A stretch of 32,000 bases of DNA from Synechococcus sp. A15-28 (GCF_014280175.1 NZ_CP047931.1:1590001-1622000), one strand, 5' to 3'; positions 1 through 7,456 are shown, numbered from the stretch's first letter. Numbers and translations: made by a program. Notes: generated by a model not told the origin, from the sequence alone.

Positions 1-76
1 AGTGTTGCTTGCCCGTAAGCCGATGCTCAGTTCTTCGTGCGAATAACTAATGGATGGTCTGCATCACTCAGTTTTC

Positions 77-838
77 TCAGAGCCAAGAAACCGTGTCTTG
101 AGTTGGTTCTTCGCTAATGCGGTGAGGGCAGATTTCGGCAAGGCGGCAGAAGCGGCACTCGTTAGTAGATGGGGATGGCTCAGGTTGTAGCCCAACTGTG
201 AGGCTCAACAAATCTGACAACTGTTGTTGGAATGCCACCCCGGCTTCGGGTGCAGGGATTTCAACTCGATCTCCATTCGCATACACCAATTCACCGCAGG
301 GTGGATGTTGGACGCCCTCCAGTGCATTGGCATATGGCGCTAAGGCCATATACGTAAGGACTTGGGCACGATCTTTGCCGCGTGGGCGACCTGTTTTTGC
401 ATCCGAGATAACCCCTGGCATGGAGTCTGTCTCGCTGACCACCACATCACACTGCCCATGGATGGTGACACCGTCCTTGCTACGTAGGCGTAAGGCGTTC
501 TCCTGCTCAACATGAACGATTCGTCCCTTGTCTGAGTGGGTCCGAGCAACGGCTTGGAGTAGCCGTTCATGCTTGGTCACCCAATCACCCGGGACTCCTG
601 AAGATTTGGGCGTGCAGTAATTGACCTGAAGGAAGAGATTGAGAAGACAATGCCTTTCGCCTGCCAAGTACGGAGCCAGCCAAGTGACATGGCAATAGCG
701 CTCTTGACGTTGTTCCAGACTTAATACTTGGGACTTCAATTTTCTGTTTTCGAGGGCCAGGTCAAGATGCCAGCGACTTGTGAAGTCGGAGCTTCTTCTC
801 GTGCGAACAACGGATTGAGGTCGAGGAATATGCGCCAT
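77..838 (-). CDS. Cas4/RecB-like PD-(D/E)XK nuclease with Fe-S cysteine cluster
   Basis: 253 aa ORF. It has an N-terminal Cys (ERHCLL), a D...DxK motif (CDVVV...ISDAKTG), QxxxY (QVLTY) and a C-terminal CX2CX5C (CRFCRLAEIC). This is the Cas4/DUF83-type motif order. Confidence 0.7.
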   Translation of the reverse strand: MAHIPRPQSVVRTRRSSDFTSRWHLDLALENRKLKSQVLSLEQRQERYCHVTWLAPYLAGERHCLLNLFLQVNYCTPKSSGVPGDWVTKHERLLQAVARTHSDKGRIVHVEQENALRLRSKDGVTIHGQCDVVVSETDSMPGVISDAKTGRPRGKDRAQVLTYMALAPYANALEGVQHPPCGELVYANGDRVEIPAPEAGVAFQQQLSDLLSLTVGLQPEPSPSTNECRFCRLAEICPHRISEEPTQDTVSWL

Positions 839-937
839 CTAAAGATCCAAGAGAGTCGAGATATGTCTTTCCATGCCTTGTTCAGTGCTGCACCGGGGCT
901 TGCCGTTTACTTCCGGAAAAAGAGTTTTTATTGATGG

Positions 938-1135
938 ATGTTGGTTGAAATCACTTCGGTGGCGCCGGGCTTGAAGAGGTCATTTGCAGCACTGTTTCAA
1001 CCTTCTACTGGTATTGATGAACTGGCTTCAAGGGGCTTTGGGATCGGTCGATGGCGCAGCCTGAGGCATCACCTTGAAGCCGGAACCGTCCTTCAAGGGC
1101 GAGAGCTTCCTTCTGTGATGGCCGCGGCCAGCTAG
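938..1135 (+). CDS. Hypothetical 65 aa ORF; possibly a frameshifted N-terminal piece of the downstream PLD-family gene
   Basis: ATG ORF directly upstream of the PLD ORF on the same strand. The PLD reading frame is already open from 1078, so the two frames overlap over 1078-1135. No recognisable motif. Confidence 0.25.
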   Translation: MLVEITSVAPGLKRSFAALFQPSTGIDELASRGFGIGRWRSLRHHLEAGTVLQGRELPSVMAAAS

Positions 1136-1155
1136 AGATCTTCCTGGATGACCTC

Positions 1156-1794
1156 GTGCGCGAGGGCGGGTCTCCGCAGTTGATGGCAATGGTGCTTGAG
1201 CACCTGGCCGATCAACGAGAGGCTCTACAGCGGGAGCGCGATGGCTGGAGCTTTGTGTGGTCGGGACCTGAGCCTGCCCATGCCAAGACAGCTGACACTT
1301 TCGCCACAGTGGATCAGCTCATCCAACAGGCACAGACGAGCCTCCTGATCGCGACTTACAACATCGGCCTCTCCAATCAGTTTCAAGAGCTGTTGGAGTC
1401 AATCGCGGACCGGCTAGGCAGCGGCCAGCTTCAGCGGGTGGAGTTGTTCTTTCATCCGATTCAGATCGCCGATCGCCTGGGCTCCGATCCACTGCGAATG
1501 ATCCGGCAGTGGTTCGACAAGGAGGTGTGGCCTTGGCCGGCCAAGCCACTCATATACGTCGATCAAAGACTGTCTTCAGGGGCTGCTGAGCGCTGCTGTC
1601 AGCACGCCAAGGTTGTTGTCGCTGATGCCGACACAGAACAATCGAGCGCTCTTGTCACTAGTGCCAACTTCAGCGAGGCGGCGCAGCGCCACAACTTCGA
1701 AGCCGGTTGGCTCGTTCGAGAACCGTGGCGCGCTGATCAGGTGGCCAAGCACTTCCGCCAGATGGTTGCGGAGGGGTTGTTCCTCCAGGTCTGA
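1156..1794 (+). CDS. Phospholipase D / HKD-superfamily protein (single HKD motif, Nuc-like nuclease type)
   Basis: 212 aa. It has HxKx4D (HAKVVVAD) followed by TSANFS, a single-copy HKD signature. GTG start at 1156; alternative ATG at 1183. Confidence 0.7.
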   Translation: MREGGSPQLMAMVLEHLADQREALQRERDGWSFVWSGPEPAHAKTADTFATVDQLIQQAQTSLLIATYNIGLSNQFQELLESIADRLGSGQLQRVELFFHPIQIADRLGSDPLRMIRQWFDKEVWPWPAKPLIYVDQRLSSGAAERCCQHAKVVVADADTEQSSALVTSANFSEAAQRHNFEAGWLVREPWRADQVAKHFRQMVAEGLFLQV

Positions 1795-1847
1795 GGCTGA
1801 GCGGATTTCAGCCCTTGTGCTGTTACAGGTTCAACCACCGTAGACTT

Positions 1848-2609
1848 ATGGAACAAGCGGTTGGATGCGTGTTGTCTTCGCCTGATTGCCCTCTGAACCC
1901 AGTTCGTTGGCTCGCCTATTACCGGGTCAGTACAGATCGCCAGGGAAACTCCGGTCTGGGCCTCGAAGCGCAGCGGGCCAAGGTTGAAGTCATGGCTTCC
2001 GAGCGGGGGGCTGTGATCACGGCTGAATTCGTGGAGGTTGAGAGCGGTCGCAAGAACGATCGTCCTCAGTTGGCCGCGGCTCTGGCTCAGGCTCGCGCGG
2101 AGAAGGCCGTCATTGCTGTTGCCAAGATCGATCGTCTGGCTCGTGATGCTGGCTTCGTCTTGAAGCTCGCCAACGAGGCAGAAAAGAACGGGATGGGTGG
2201 CTTCGTCTTCTGCGACTTGCCAGACATTGATGCCACCACCAGTGCCGGTCGGATGGTGCTCACGATGATGGCCAGCGTTGCTGAGTTCGAGGCACGTCGG
2301 ATCAGCGAGCGAACCAAAGAAGCGTTGGCCGCGGCCAAGGCCCGAGGCGTGTGTCTTGGTGGGTACCGGGAGGGTGCTGCTCAGAAGGCGTCGGAGCGCA
2401 AGCAGAAGGCCATTGCTGAGGCGGAGGGGCTGCGCGGGGTTCTTGAGCCAATGGTTCATGCAGGCTTGAGCTACAGGGCCATGGCTGATGCGCTTGCAGG
2501 GGTTGGCAAGCTCAGCAGTACGGGAAAGCCACTGGCTCCGGCGCAGATCGGTCGGATCCTCCAGAGGCTGGGTTTAACCCAATCATCAACAGGGCAGAAA
2601 GCTTTGTAA
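1848..2609 (+). CDS. Small serine recombinase (resolvase/invertase family) with C-terminal HTH
   Basis: Catalytic motif YYRVSTDRQ, DRLARD and SVAEFEARRISERTKEAL are typical of the resolvase catalytic domain. The C-terminal segment (GLSYRAMADAL...AQIGRILQRLG) is HTH-like. The ORF is open from 1815; the ATG at 1848 is preferred. Confidence 0.85.
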   Translation: MEQAVGCVLSSPDCPLNPVRWLAYYRVSTDRQGNSGLGLEAQRAKVEVMASERGAVITAEFVEVESGRKNDRPQLAAALAQARAEKAVIAVAKIDRLARDAGFVLKLANEAEKNGMGGFVFCDLPDIDATTSAGRMVLTMMASVAEFEARRISERTKEALAAAKARGVCLGGYREGAAQKASERKQKAIAEAEGLRGVLEPMVHAGLSYRAMADALAGVGKLSSTGKPLAPAQIGRILQRLGLTQSSTGQKAL

Positions 2610-2756
2610 TTACGGTTTAGAGAAATAACAAAAGGGTCCTTTTGAGGCTTTACGAATGTGAGGTGATTCGAGCCGCATTGTTAGGCCAGGCAATCGCGTG
2701 TAAAGTATGTCAATACTTCGACTATTTGCGGGCAGCTGTCAACAACTATTCTACCA

Positions 2757-3140
2757 ATGGAGAGCAAACGCCAACTGATCAGTGAAAAAGAAGCAGCGGC
2801 AATTCTCAACCGCACGCCATCAGCTATCTACAGAGCGCTTGCCGACAACAGGCTGCGTTTCGCCGACGAGCGGAACCGCAAGCTCGATCGCCGAAACCTT
2901 GAAGAACGCTTCAGCAGGTCAACAAGGCCGCGCGCAGATAAACCGATGGCTTCACCCGCTCCAGTAGAGCAGCAACCAATCCACGAAGACGATTGGCAGG
3001 AGATCGCTGCAGTGGCGAACGAACTAATCGACGCAGCAGCCTGGGCCACACCACCACCATGGACCGCTGATCGCTGGGCTGGATTAGCTGGTGTACTTGA
3101 AATTGCGCGAATTGAAGTATCAGGAATCTGCGGCAAATAG
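2757..3140 (+). CDS. Excisionase/AlpA-like helix-turn-helix DNA-binding protein
   Basis: 127 aa. The N-terminal SEKEAAAILNRTPSAIYRALADNRLRF resembles HTH_17/excisionase-type motifs. It lies between the two recombinase genes. Confidence 0.5.
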   Translation: MESKRQLISEKEAAAILNRTPSAIYRALADNRLRFADERNRKLDRRNLEERFSRSTRPRADKPMASPAPVEQQPIHEDDWQEIAAVANELIDAAAWATPPPWTADRWAGLAGVLEIARIEVSGICGK

Positions 3141-3202
3141 GGTGCGAACTGCTGAGTGAATTCAACTCACACAAGACTATCTTTTACATGTTAAATCCTT
3201 GG

Positions 3203-3772
3203 CTAGCCAAGACGTAGCGATTGCCGAATAGCAGATTTAAGCTTGGCCAGCAATGCGTCTGATTTGTCGTTCAATTGATCAATTTCTTGCCAGTCTACTT
3301 TTCGCCCCGACATCTTAATCTCAGATTTCATATAAAGACGCACGGATAACTCCCAGATCTGCCTGCAAATCCTATAAATATCATCTGACATGAATGGCTC
3401 TTTTTTTACAACAGCATTTTTGTAGTCTTCGCGTTGCGAGCTATATGCATTTACGCGCTCTTTAAATTCTTTCCCAGATTCAGCAGAATCACCACCAGAA
3501 GGAGGCTCGAACAGGGGCATCAAATCTCTAGCGCTACGCTGCAATTCCCAAGCATGAGAATACACTTCTCGCAAGAAAGTGTATTTGTATTGATAGTCAA
3601 TACTATACCTGGTATAGTCTAATTTATAAGAGGATTCAAGTCTTACGATATCTTTGCTATTAGACCATTTCAGAAACCCTATTGCAAAGGGTGAAATAAT
3701 TCCTCCCGCTTTTGCCAAGAAGGTTACCCACTGAGCCAAGTCGTCAATATCTGAAGTGGCATCACCAGCCAA
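3203..3772 (-). CDS. Hypothetical membrane-anchored protein (AT-rich island cargo)
   Basis: 189 aa ORF in the most AT-rich part of the window. It has one hydrophobic helix (WVTFLAKAGGIISPFAIGFLKW) followed by a charged helical region. The only start at the 5' end is TTG, immediately after an in-frame TAA. No family recognised. Confidence 0.5.
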   Translation of the reverse strand: MAGDATSDIDDLAQWVTFLAKAGGIISPFAIGFLKWSNSKDIVRLESSYKLDYTRYSIDYQYKYTFLREVYSHAWELQRSARDLMPLFEPPSGGDSAESGKEFKERVNAYSSQREDYKNAVVKKEPFMSDDIYRICRQIWELSVRLYMKSEIKMSGRKVDWQEIDQLNDKSDALLAKLKSAIRQSLRLG

Positions 3773-3830
3773 TTATGGCCTGGGCTACAAGGGAAATAAT
3801 TAAGGGCGGAATAATTACTAGTCGTTTCAT
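3762..3830 (-). CDS. 22-aa hydrophobic peptide (MKRLVIIPPLIISLVAQAIIGW), translationally coupled to the large serine recombinase
   Basis: I read this myself; it is not in the ORF track. Its ATG overlaps the recombinase TGA as ATGA (3827-3830). It ends 11 nt inside the 189-aa ORF in another frame. Confidence 0.3.
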   Translation of the reverse strand: MKRLVIIPPLIISLVAQAIIGW

Positions 3831-5461
3831 AGCTTCACCCCAAGGACTTCAGAATCGTGCCGAGTCTGGTCCAAAACGATGGTGTCGCCCTCGCGATAGA
3901 CGTCGAGCTGCTCCACGCCGCCATCTTTCATGAACCGCATCTGACCGGTGTGAGTGATCTCCACGACGACTCCAAGGGTGTTGGCCCAGTTGTTGAAAGC
4001 TCGTCGCTGCTCCTTGTCTTCGAGGTTGGCGAGGAAGTCCTTGGTGCGGCGCAAGACTTCCTCTTTCATGTCCTCGCCTGATGGCGCAAGGCTCAGTACC
4101 TCTATCCGTCTGCTGATTTCATCAGCAGCCGCTTGTGCTTTAGCGAGAGTTTTCTTGGCGGCCTTGCCTACCCCAGTCATCAACTTGATGGCCTCGGCGT
4201 CGAAATCCTTTAAACCCATTGCTGTCGCCAAGTTGGCGTTGTTGTTGTCGACCGTTTGCTTCAGCTGATCAATCTCACTCTCTTGATCCTTGAGTTGGCT
4301 CTGAAGCGCTGCGATCTGCTTGGTGTCACGTGGCGTGTCGAAGAGGTCTTCCCACCTGGCATCCATCAAGGCATGAATAAGAAGCTCCTCGTCGTATTTC
4401 CAGTTCCCCTTTGGAGCAGTGCAGGTGTGGTTGCGCTGATTCATGCAAATCAGATAGCTGTAGCGGTATTGCCCGGTTGACTTGTCCTTGTGCGCGCCCT
4501 GCCAAGTCAACGTGCCGCCACAAGTACAGCGAGTCAGACCTTGAAGAATGTTGTGGCAGAAATCGCCGCGGCCAGTGCCGCCAGGATTGGCTTCATCCAC
4601 CAAGGCCTGGACGGTTTCCCAAAGCTTGGTGCCAATTACACGAGGGAAGTAGCCCCTGGCCACTCGCCCTGATCTGAAAGCCTTCTCACCGATCAAGCGT
4701 CGATCACGAAGGACACGGCCAATTCGTCCTTCGCTGAAGCTCCCCCCTCCAGACATGGTTCTGCCTAGCTCATTCATTGCGAGGGCGATCTGCTTCGCAC
4801 CCATGCCCTCTGTGCGTAGCCGGAAGATTTCGCGCATCCAGTCAGCGCGTTCGTTTTCCTCGAAGTCGGTTTTGTCGTCATTCACCCGAACCCAGTCGGG
4901 TGCACTGGCCATCGACAGGTATTTGGTGCCGCTCTTGAAGTACGCCTGTTCGCGCAGGTTCCACACCTGTGAGTTGGTTTTGCTCAGGCCCTTGCTGAAG
5001 TCATGAGCCGCTTGCATGGCCATGTCGAGCTTGATCCGCAAAACCTGGTCTTCATCAAATTTTTCGCGGGTAATGACGACGTCCTCACGAACCCAAGCAA
5101 GGGCGCAACCAACACTCCAGAGAGCTCCGAGCATCTCGTGTGAATAGCTGGCTTTACGCCTGCTGAAGCGGCTCCAATCCTCAACAACTAAAACCGAGCC
5201 CCAGGGAATTTTTTTGTCTTGAGCAGCCTTGATGAAGCCGCCGAGATTCCCTTTCTTGAAGTGCTTGGCGTGATAGGCGCTCAGTCCTTCGTCTCTTATC
5301 GGGTCAGGGTTTGGCGTCAGGCCATGGCGCTCGCAGAAAGGAGCGAAGTCCTCATGCTGGCGCGCAATACCTTTCTTCCCTTTCCCCGCCTGCTTTCGGT
5401 TGCTAACCCGTTCATAGCTGAAGGCGATCCGTGCGGTTGATGAAAGCGACGGTGCAGGCAC
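3827..5461 (-). CDS. Large serine recombinase (integrase type)
   Basis: 544 aa. It has the catalytic motif FSYERVSNRKQ, VVEDWSRFSRR, a recombinase domain, a Cys-rich zinc-ribbon region (CTCGG...CMNQRNHTC) and a coiled-coil C-terminus (QLKDQESEIDQLKQ). GTG is the only start upstream of the catalytic Ser. Confidence 0.9.
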   Translation of the reverse strand: MPAPSLSSTARIAFSYERVSNRKQAGKGKKGIARQHEDFAPFCERHGLTPNPDPIRDEGLSAYHAKHFKKGNLGGFIKAAQDKKIPWGSVLVVEDWSRFSRRKASYSHEMLGALWSVGCALAWVREDVVITREKFDEDQVLRIKLDMAMQAAHDFSKGLSKTNSQVWNLREQAYFKSGTKYLSMASAPDWVRVNDDKTDFEENERADWMREIFRLRTEGMGAKQIALAMNELGRTMSGGGSFSEGRIGRVLRDRRLIGEKAFRSGRVARGYFPRVIGTKLWETVQALVDEANPGGTGRGDFCHNILQGLTRCTCGGTLTWQGAHKDKSTGQYRYSYLICMNQRNHTCTAPKGNWKYDEELLIHALMDARWEDLFDTPRDTKQIAALQSQLKDQESEIDQLKQTVDNNNANLATAMGLKDFDAEAIKLMTGVGKAAKKTLAKAQAAADEISRRIEVLSLAPSGEDMKEEVLRRTKDFLANLEDKEQRRAFNNWANTLGVVVEITHTGQMRFMKDGGVEQLDVYREGDTIVLDQTRHDSEVLGVKL

Positions 5462-6006
5462 TTGATGAACTGGTCGTTCAAACGCCAGGAATGGGGTTTA
5501 CGAACATCACCCAGCGATTGAACGATTGGGTCGCATTAACCCCGGTCAGCACTGGGATCTTGAACTTATACGCGAAGCATACAAGCTGCAGCCTCACGAT
5601 CAACGAAAACGCCGACCCTCGCGTTCTGGACGATCTCGCCGACTGGATGGCCGACATCGTTCCCGAATCGCGTCGCTACAGCCATGCCGACGAAGGGTCC
5701 GATGACATGCCAGCCCACATCCGCACAGCGCTCACCGCCCAGACCCTCAGCCTCAGCGTTGATGCTGGTCAACTTGTGCTCGGCACCTGGCAGGCGGTCT
5801 ATCTCTGGGAGCACCGACGAAGGCCCCACCAACGGCGCGTGTTTTGTCATCTCCTCGGGGAACCGGCCGCCCTGGAGACGACAAGCAAAGCGCTGAATCA
5901 GCAGATCCAGGCACGCCACGACCCCGAGGCCTGGGCGGCCGATGGAGGCATCGAAACCGAGGTGGACTGCATGGTGGATCAATTGCACGACCTGGCGCAG
6001 ACCTGA
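5440..6006 (+). CDS. yjbQ: YjbQ/UPF0047 family protein (secondary thiamine-phosphate synthase-like) with C-terminal extension
   Basis: HTSCSLTINENADP, DDMPAHIRTAL and GTWQAVYLWEHR align with my memory of E. coli YjbQ, which ends at ...GE. The ATG at 5440 is preferred over the GTG at 5431. Confidence 0.8.
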   Translation: MKATVQALDELVVQTPGMGFTNITQRLNDWVALTPVSTGILNLYAKHTSCSLTINENADPRVLDDLADWMADIVPESRRYSHADEGSDDMPAHIRTALTAQTLSLSVDAGQLVLGTWQAVYLWEHRRRPHQRRVFCHLLGEPAALETTSKALNQQIQARHDPEAWAADGGIETEVDCMVDQLHDLAQT

Positions 6007-6051
6007 TCGGCAACGGGCTCAGAATGGTGAGGTCCGTCGCGGCCAGACACC

Positions 6052-6339
6052 ATGCCCTCTCTGCTCTCAGCGGACCAACGGCAGATGCTGCCGGCGACGC
6101 TGCCGCAGTGGACCGTTGACCAGCAGTCCATCAGCCGCGAGCTGGTTTTCAGAGACTTCAACGAAGCCTTCGGTTTCATGAGCCGGGTGGCCCTGTTGGC
6201 GGAAAGTCGCAACCACCACCCCAACTGGAGCAACGTCTACAACCGCGTATCGATCACGCTCTCCACCCACGATCTGGGGGGGCTGAGCGATCTCGATATC
6301 GAGCTGGCTGCAGCGATCGATCAACTGCTGCCAGCATGA
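6052..6339 (+). CDS. phhB: Pterin-4-alpha-carbinolamine dehydratase
   Basis: 95 aa. [42 protein letters not shown] is the classic PCD/DCoH core. Confidence 0.85.
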   Translation: MPSLLSADQRQMLPATLPQWTVDQQSISRELVFRDFNEAFGFMSRVALLAESRNHHPNWSNVYNRVSITLSTHDLGGLSDLDIELAAAIDQLLPA

Positions 6340-6358
6340 GCGAAAAGGTCCTGATCGA

Positions 6359-7456
6359 ATGACGACAGCACCCGTCGCCGCCGGCGTCCCCGTGACCATC
6401 CTGAGCGGCTTTCTGGGAGCGGGAAAAACCACGCTGCTGAACCACATTCTCAGCAATCAGCAGGGGGTGAAAACCGCTGTTCTGGTGAATGAGTTCGGCG
6501 AGATCGGAATCGACAACGATCTGATCGTGTCCACCGGCGAAGAGATGGTGGAACTGAGCAACGGCTGCATCTGCTGCTCGATCAACGGCGAACTGATGGA
6601 GTCCGTCGAGCGGATTCTGGAGCGCCCTGAGCCCCTGGATTACATCGTTGTTGAAACGACAGGACTGGCCGATCCACTGCCGGTGGCCATGACCTTCCTG
6701 GGCAGTGAGCTGCGGGATTCGACCCGGCTGGACTCGATCATCACCCTTGTTGATGCGGAGAATTTCGACGTGGGCCTGCTGGATTCGGAGGTGGGTCGGG
6801 CTCAGGTGATCTACGGCGACATCCTGCTGCTGAACAAATGCGACCTGGTCGCCGAAGAGCGGCTGGCGGAGGTGGAAGCGGAATTAAGGGGTGTGAAAAA
6901 CGATGCCCGCATCTTGCGGTCGGTGAAAGGGGACGTGCCCCTGGCTCTGCTGCTGAGTGTCGGCCTGTTCGAATCCGACAAGGTGGCCACGCCAGTGGAG
7001 GATCCGAGCCTCGACCACAGCGACTGCGATCACGACCATGGCCACTGCAGCCATGACCACGACCACGATCACAGCCATGACCACGGGCACGGTCATGACC
7101 ACGGGCACGGTCATGACCACGGTCATGGAGAAAGTTCAGACCATCTGGCCATCGAAGGGTTCACATCCCTGTCTTTCCAGAGCGACGGACCCTTCTCCCT
7201 GCGCAAATTTCAGAACTTCCTGGACAACCAGATGCCCCAGGAGGTGTTCAGGGCGAAAGGAATTCTCTGGTTCAACGAAAGCGAGCGGCGCCACGTGTTT
7301 CACCTCGCGGGCAAGCGCTTTTCCATTGACGACACCGACTGGACAGGCGATCGCAAGAATCAACTGGTTCTGATCGGCCGGAACATTGATCACACCACCC
7401 TGCGTCAGCAATTGAACGCCTGTGTGGCGAAGGATGTCGGCAAAGGATTTGCCTGA
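6359..7456 (+). CDS. COG0523 (CobW/YjiA/ZigA-type) G3E GTPase metallochaperone with His-rich insert
   Basis: Walker A GFLGAGKTTLLNHIL, the CxCC motif (GCICCS), LNKCDL, a long His/Asp/Gly tract, and a CobW C-terminal-like domain (FRAKGILWF). Confidence 0.9.
   Translation: MTTAPVAAGVPVTILSGFLGAGKTTLLNHILSNQQGVKTAVLVNEFGEIGIDNDLIVSTGEEMVELSNGCICCSINGELMESVERILERPEPLDYIVVETTGLADPLPVAMTFLGSELRDSTRLDSIITLVDAENFDVGLLDSEVGRAQVIYGDILLLNKCDLVAEERLAEVEAELRGVKNDARILRSVKGDVPLALLLSVGLFESDKVATPVEDPSLDHSDCDHDHGHCSHDHDHDHSHDHGHGHDHGHGHDHGHGESSDHLAIEGFTSLSFQSDGPFSLRKFQNFLDNQMPQEVFRAKGILWFNESERRHVFHLAGKRFSIDDTDWTGDRKNQLVLIGRNIDHTTLRQQLNACVAKDVGKGFA
7076..7123 (+). repeat. In-frame 18-bp tandem repeat (catgaccacgggcacggt: two perfect copies plus a partial copy) encoding HDHGHG units
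   Basis: Read directly: 7076-7093 and 7094-7111 are identical, and 7112-7123 is a truncated third copy. It lies inside the His-rich tract of the COG0523 gene. Confidence 0.85.

Larger units (their letters stand above)
1..5461. mobile_element. Right-hand part of an integrative genomic island (left end lies outside the window) with two serine recombinases and nuclease/membrane cargo
   Basis: By eye, composition is AT-richer than the flanking core, most strongly at 2610-3830. The region holds a large and a small serine recombinase, an excisionase-like HTH and nuclease-family cargo. Housekeeping-type genes start abruptly at 5440. Confidence 0.55.

Noticed and set aside
198-570. ORFs of 105 aa (plus strand) and 76 aa (minus strand, other frame) inside the Cas4-like gene
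   Set aside because: They overlap a gene with a complete motif set and have no features of their own.
2629-2644. Small hairpins after the resolvase gene (caaaag-ggtc-cttttg, 2629-2644) and after the PLD gene (ggctga-N7-tcagcc, 1795-1813) as terminators
   Set aside because: The stems are only 6 bp, with no convincing T-tracts, so they are not reported as features.
5437-5469. 8-bp direct repeat ttgatgaa (5437-5444 and 5462-5469), plus an imperfect inverted repeat gttcaaac...gtttacgaac at about 5475-5505, as a possible att core
   Set aside because: The repeats are too short and imperfect to distinguish from chance without the other junction or an empty site.
7013-7144. Repetitive DNA that might be mistaken for a CRISPR-like or minisatellite array
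   Set aside because: The units are 18 bp, contiguous with no spacers, in frame, and encode the His-rich tract of a COG0523 protein. No CRISPR array is present anywhere in the window.
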